A DNA stretch of 64,000 nucleotides from a virus (Duplodnaviria > Caudoviricetes). The stretch lies in IMG/VR virus record IMGVR_UViG_3300033485_000008, positions 1,861 through 65,860 of that record; one strand, written 5' to 3'. A program made the position numbers and the translations under genes. Shown here one piece after another: positions 63,431 to 64,000 of this stretch. The notes under the pieces were generated by a model. That model worked only from the letters and a program-made list of their open reading frames with translations, did not search any database and was not told the origin of the DNA. Every line of letters starts with the position of its first letter. The stretch's first letter is position 1.

Positions 63431-64000
63431 ATGCCAAGTCTTGCGGAACTTGCTCTTGAGAGGCGGCGGCGGATGTCGCAGCCGGAGGGTCCGTCGGGGG
63501 GTGGGGGGATAGCACCTTCGTTGTCGGAAGCTGCTGCGGGTCCGACTGCGAGTGGAGTGGCGGAGGGGCCTCCTGGGGTACCTCCTGAGCTTCAGGAGAG
63601 TCCCACGCCAACTCCACAAGCTGAGGCGGCACAGCCTCCATCCCCAGCGGCGGAGGCGCAGCGGCAGGCGGCTGACAGGATGCCTCAGAAGCCGGCTGTC
63701 GAGCCGAAGGCACCTCCACCCGAGATCGGGTACAGCACGAGCCCAGCCGCTTCTCAGGCGATGGCTGAGGCTGGGGCGAAGCAGCGGAAGGCGCAGGATA
63801 TTGGTCAGATAGTGAGGGCGGGTAAGAACATCATCGGAGCGGCGGTTGGTGGTGCCGTAGGTGGTGCTGCCAGCTCTGGCGCAGGCGCTGGGGGTGTTGG
63901 AGGGGCTGGAGGGGCTGTCGCCCCTGGCACGGCTGCGGGAGCCTCCAGTGCTGGTGGTCAGCTTGGTGCCTTGGCGTCACTCCGGGCGGGCATGAGTCGC
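63431..64000 (+). CDS. Second ejection/internal virion protein (3'-truncated; not in ORF track)
   Basis: GGAG SD, ATG 63431, 190 codons with no stop to the window end; Pro/Ala-rich then Gly/Ala-rich. Confidence 0.7.
   Translation, partial: MPSLAELALERRRRMSQPEGPSGGGGIAPSLSEAAAGPTASGVAEGPPGVPPELQESPTPTPQAEAAQPPSPAAEAQRQAADRMPQKPAVEPKAPPPEIGYSTSPAASQAMAEAGAKQRKAQDIGQIVRAGKNIIGAAVGGAVGGAASSGAGAGGVGGAGGAVAPGTAAGASSAGGQLGALASLRAGMSR

Larger units (their letters stand above)
1..64000 (+). mobile_element. Near-complete tailed dsDNA bacteriophage genome (podovirus-like), circularly permuted
   Basis: Terminase, portal, scaffold, capsid, adaptor, nozzle, ejection-type proteins, endolysin and recombination genes are all co-oriented and densely packed. 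No host housekeeping genes seen. Both ends fall inside virion/ejection-type ORFs. Confidence 0.95.

Noticed and set aside
1693-63619. Many long minus-strand ORFs in the track (e.g. 1693..2895, 4096..5214, 18007..19014, 22062..23291, 33938..34996, 58461..59966)
   Set aside because: They lie antisense to clearly recognisable + strand genes, show no family motifs, and are the shadow ORFs expected in high-GC DNA.
1-64000. tRNA/rRNA genes, integrase/att site, DNA polymerase, DnaB helicase, full primase, methyltransferase
   Set aside because: No cloverleaf/T-loop context or catalytic motifs were recognised by eye. Absence should be confirmed with tRNAscan-SE and HMM searches.

Overview
The window is most of the genome of an uncultured, high-GC, short-tailed (podovirus-like, P22/T7-supergroup architecture) dsDNA phage, read in circularly permuted order. 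Almost every credible gene is on the + strand. Order: 3' part of a very large virion/ejection-type polyvalent protein with a ddrB-like ParB domain (1-7392); small membrane and basic proteins; an SSB-led operon of small accessory genes (stand-alone sigma70 region 4, CHC2 zinc finger, RyR domain, FN3-like); a control region holding the only minus-strand mini-operon, followed by a putative replication initiator with iterons; a recombination operon (RuvC-like, PD-(D/E)XK nuclease, RecT-like, UvrD); a cassette of small early-type genes including a DUF932-like protein; terminase large subunit; a 12 kb block of signal-peptide-bearing, Cys-rich, fibre-like proteins including an SGNH hydrolase; amidase endolysin; portal, scaffold and major capsid; a chain of tiny Arg/Gly-rich ORFs; adaptor, nozzle, two paralogous fibre/needle proteins; and two ejection-type proteins running off the right edge. 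I saw no integrase, DNA polymerase, DnaB helicase, tRNA, CRISPR array or reverse transcriptase. The most unusual signals are (i) a tailed phage devoting much of its genome to exported, disulfide-rich fibre-like proteins, (ii) a translationally coupled series of protamine-like micro-ORFs, several sharing Arg/Gly-rich C-termini (RTGR, RGGRR), and (iii) a palindromic operator fused to the -35 box of two operons. All family assignments come from motif recognition by eye, not from database searches.
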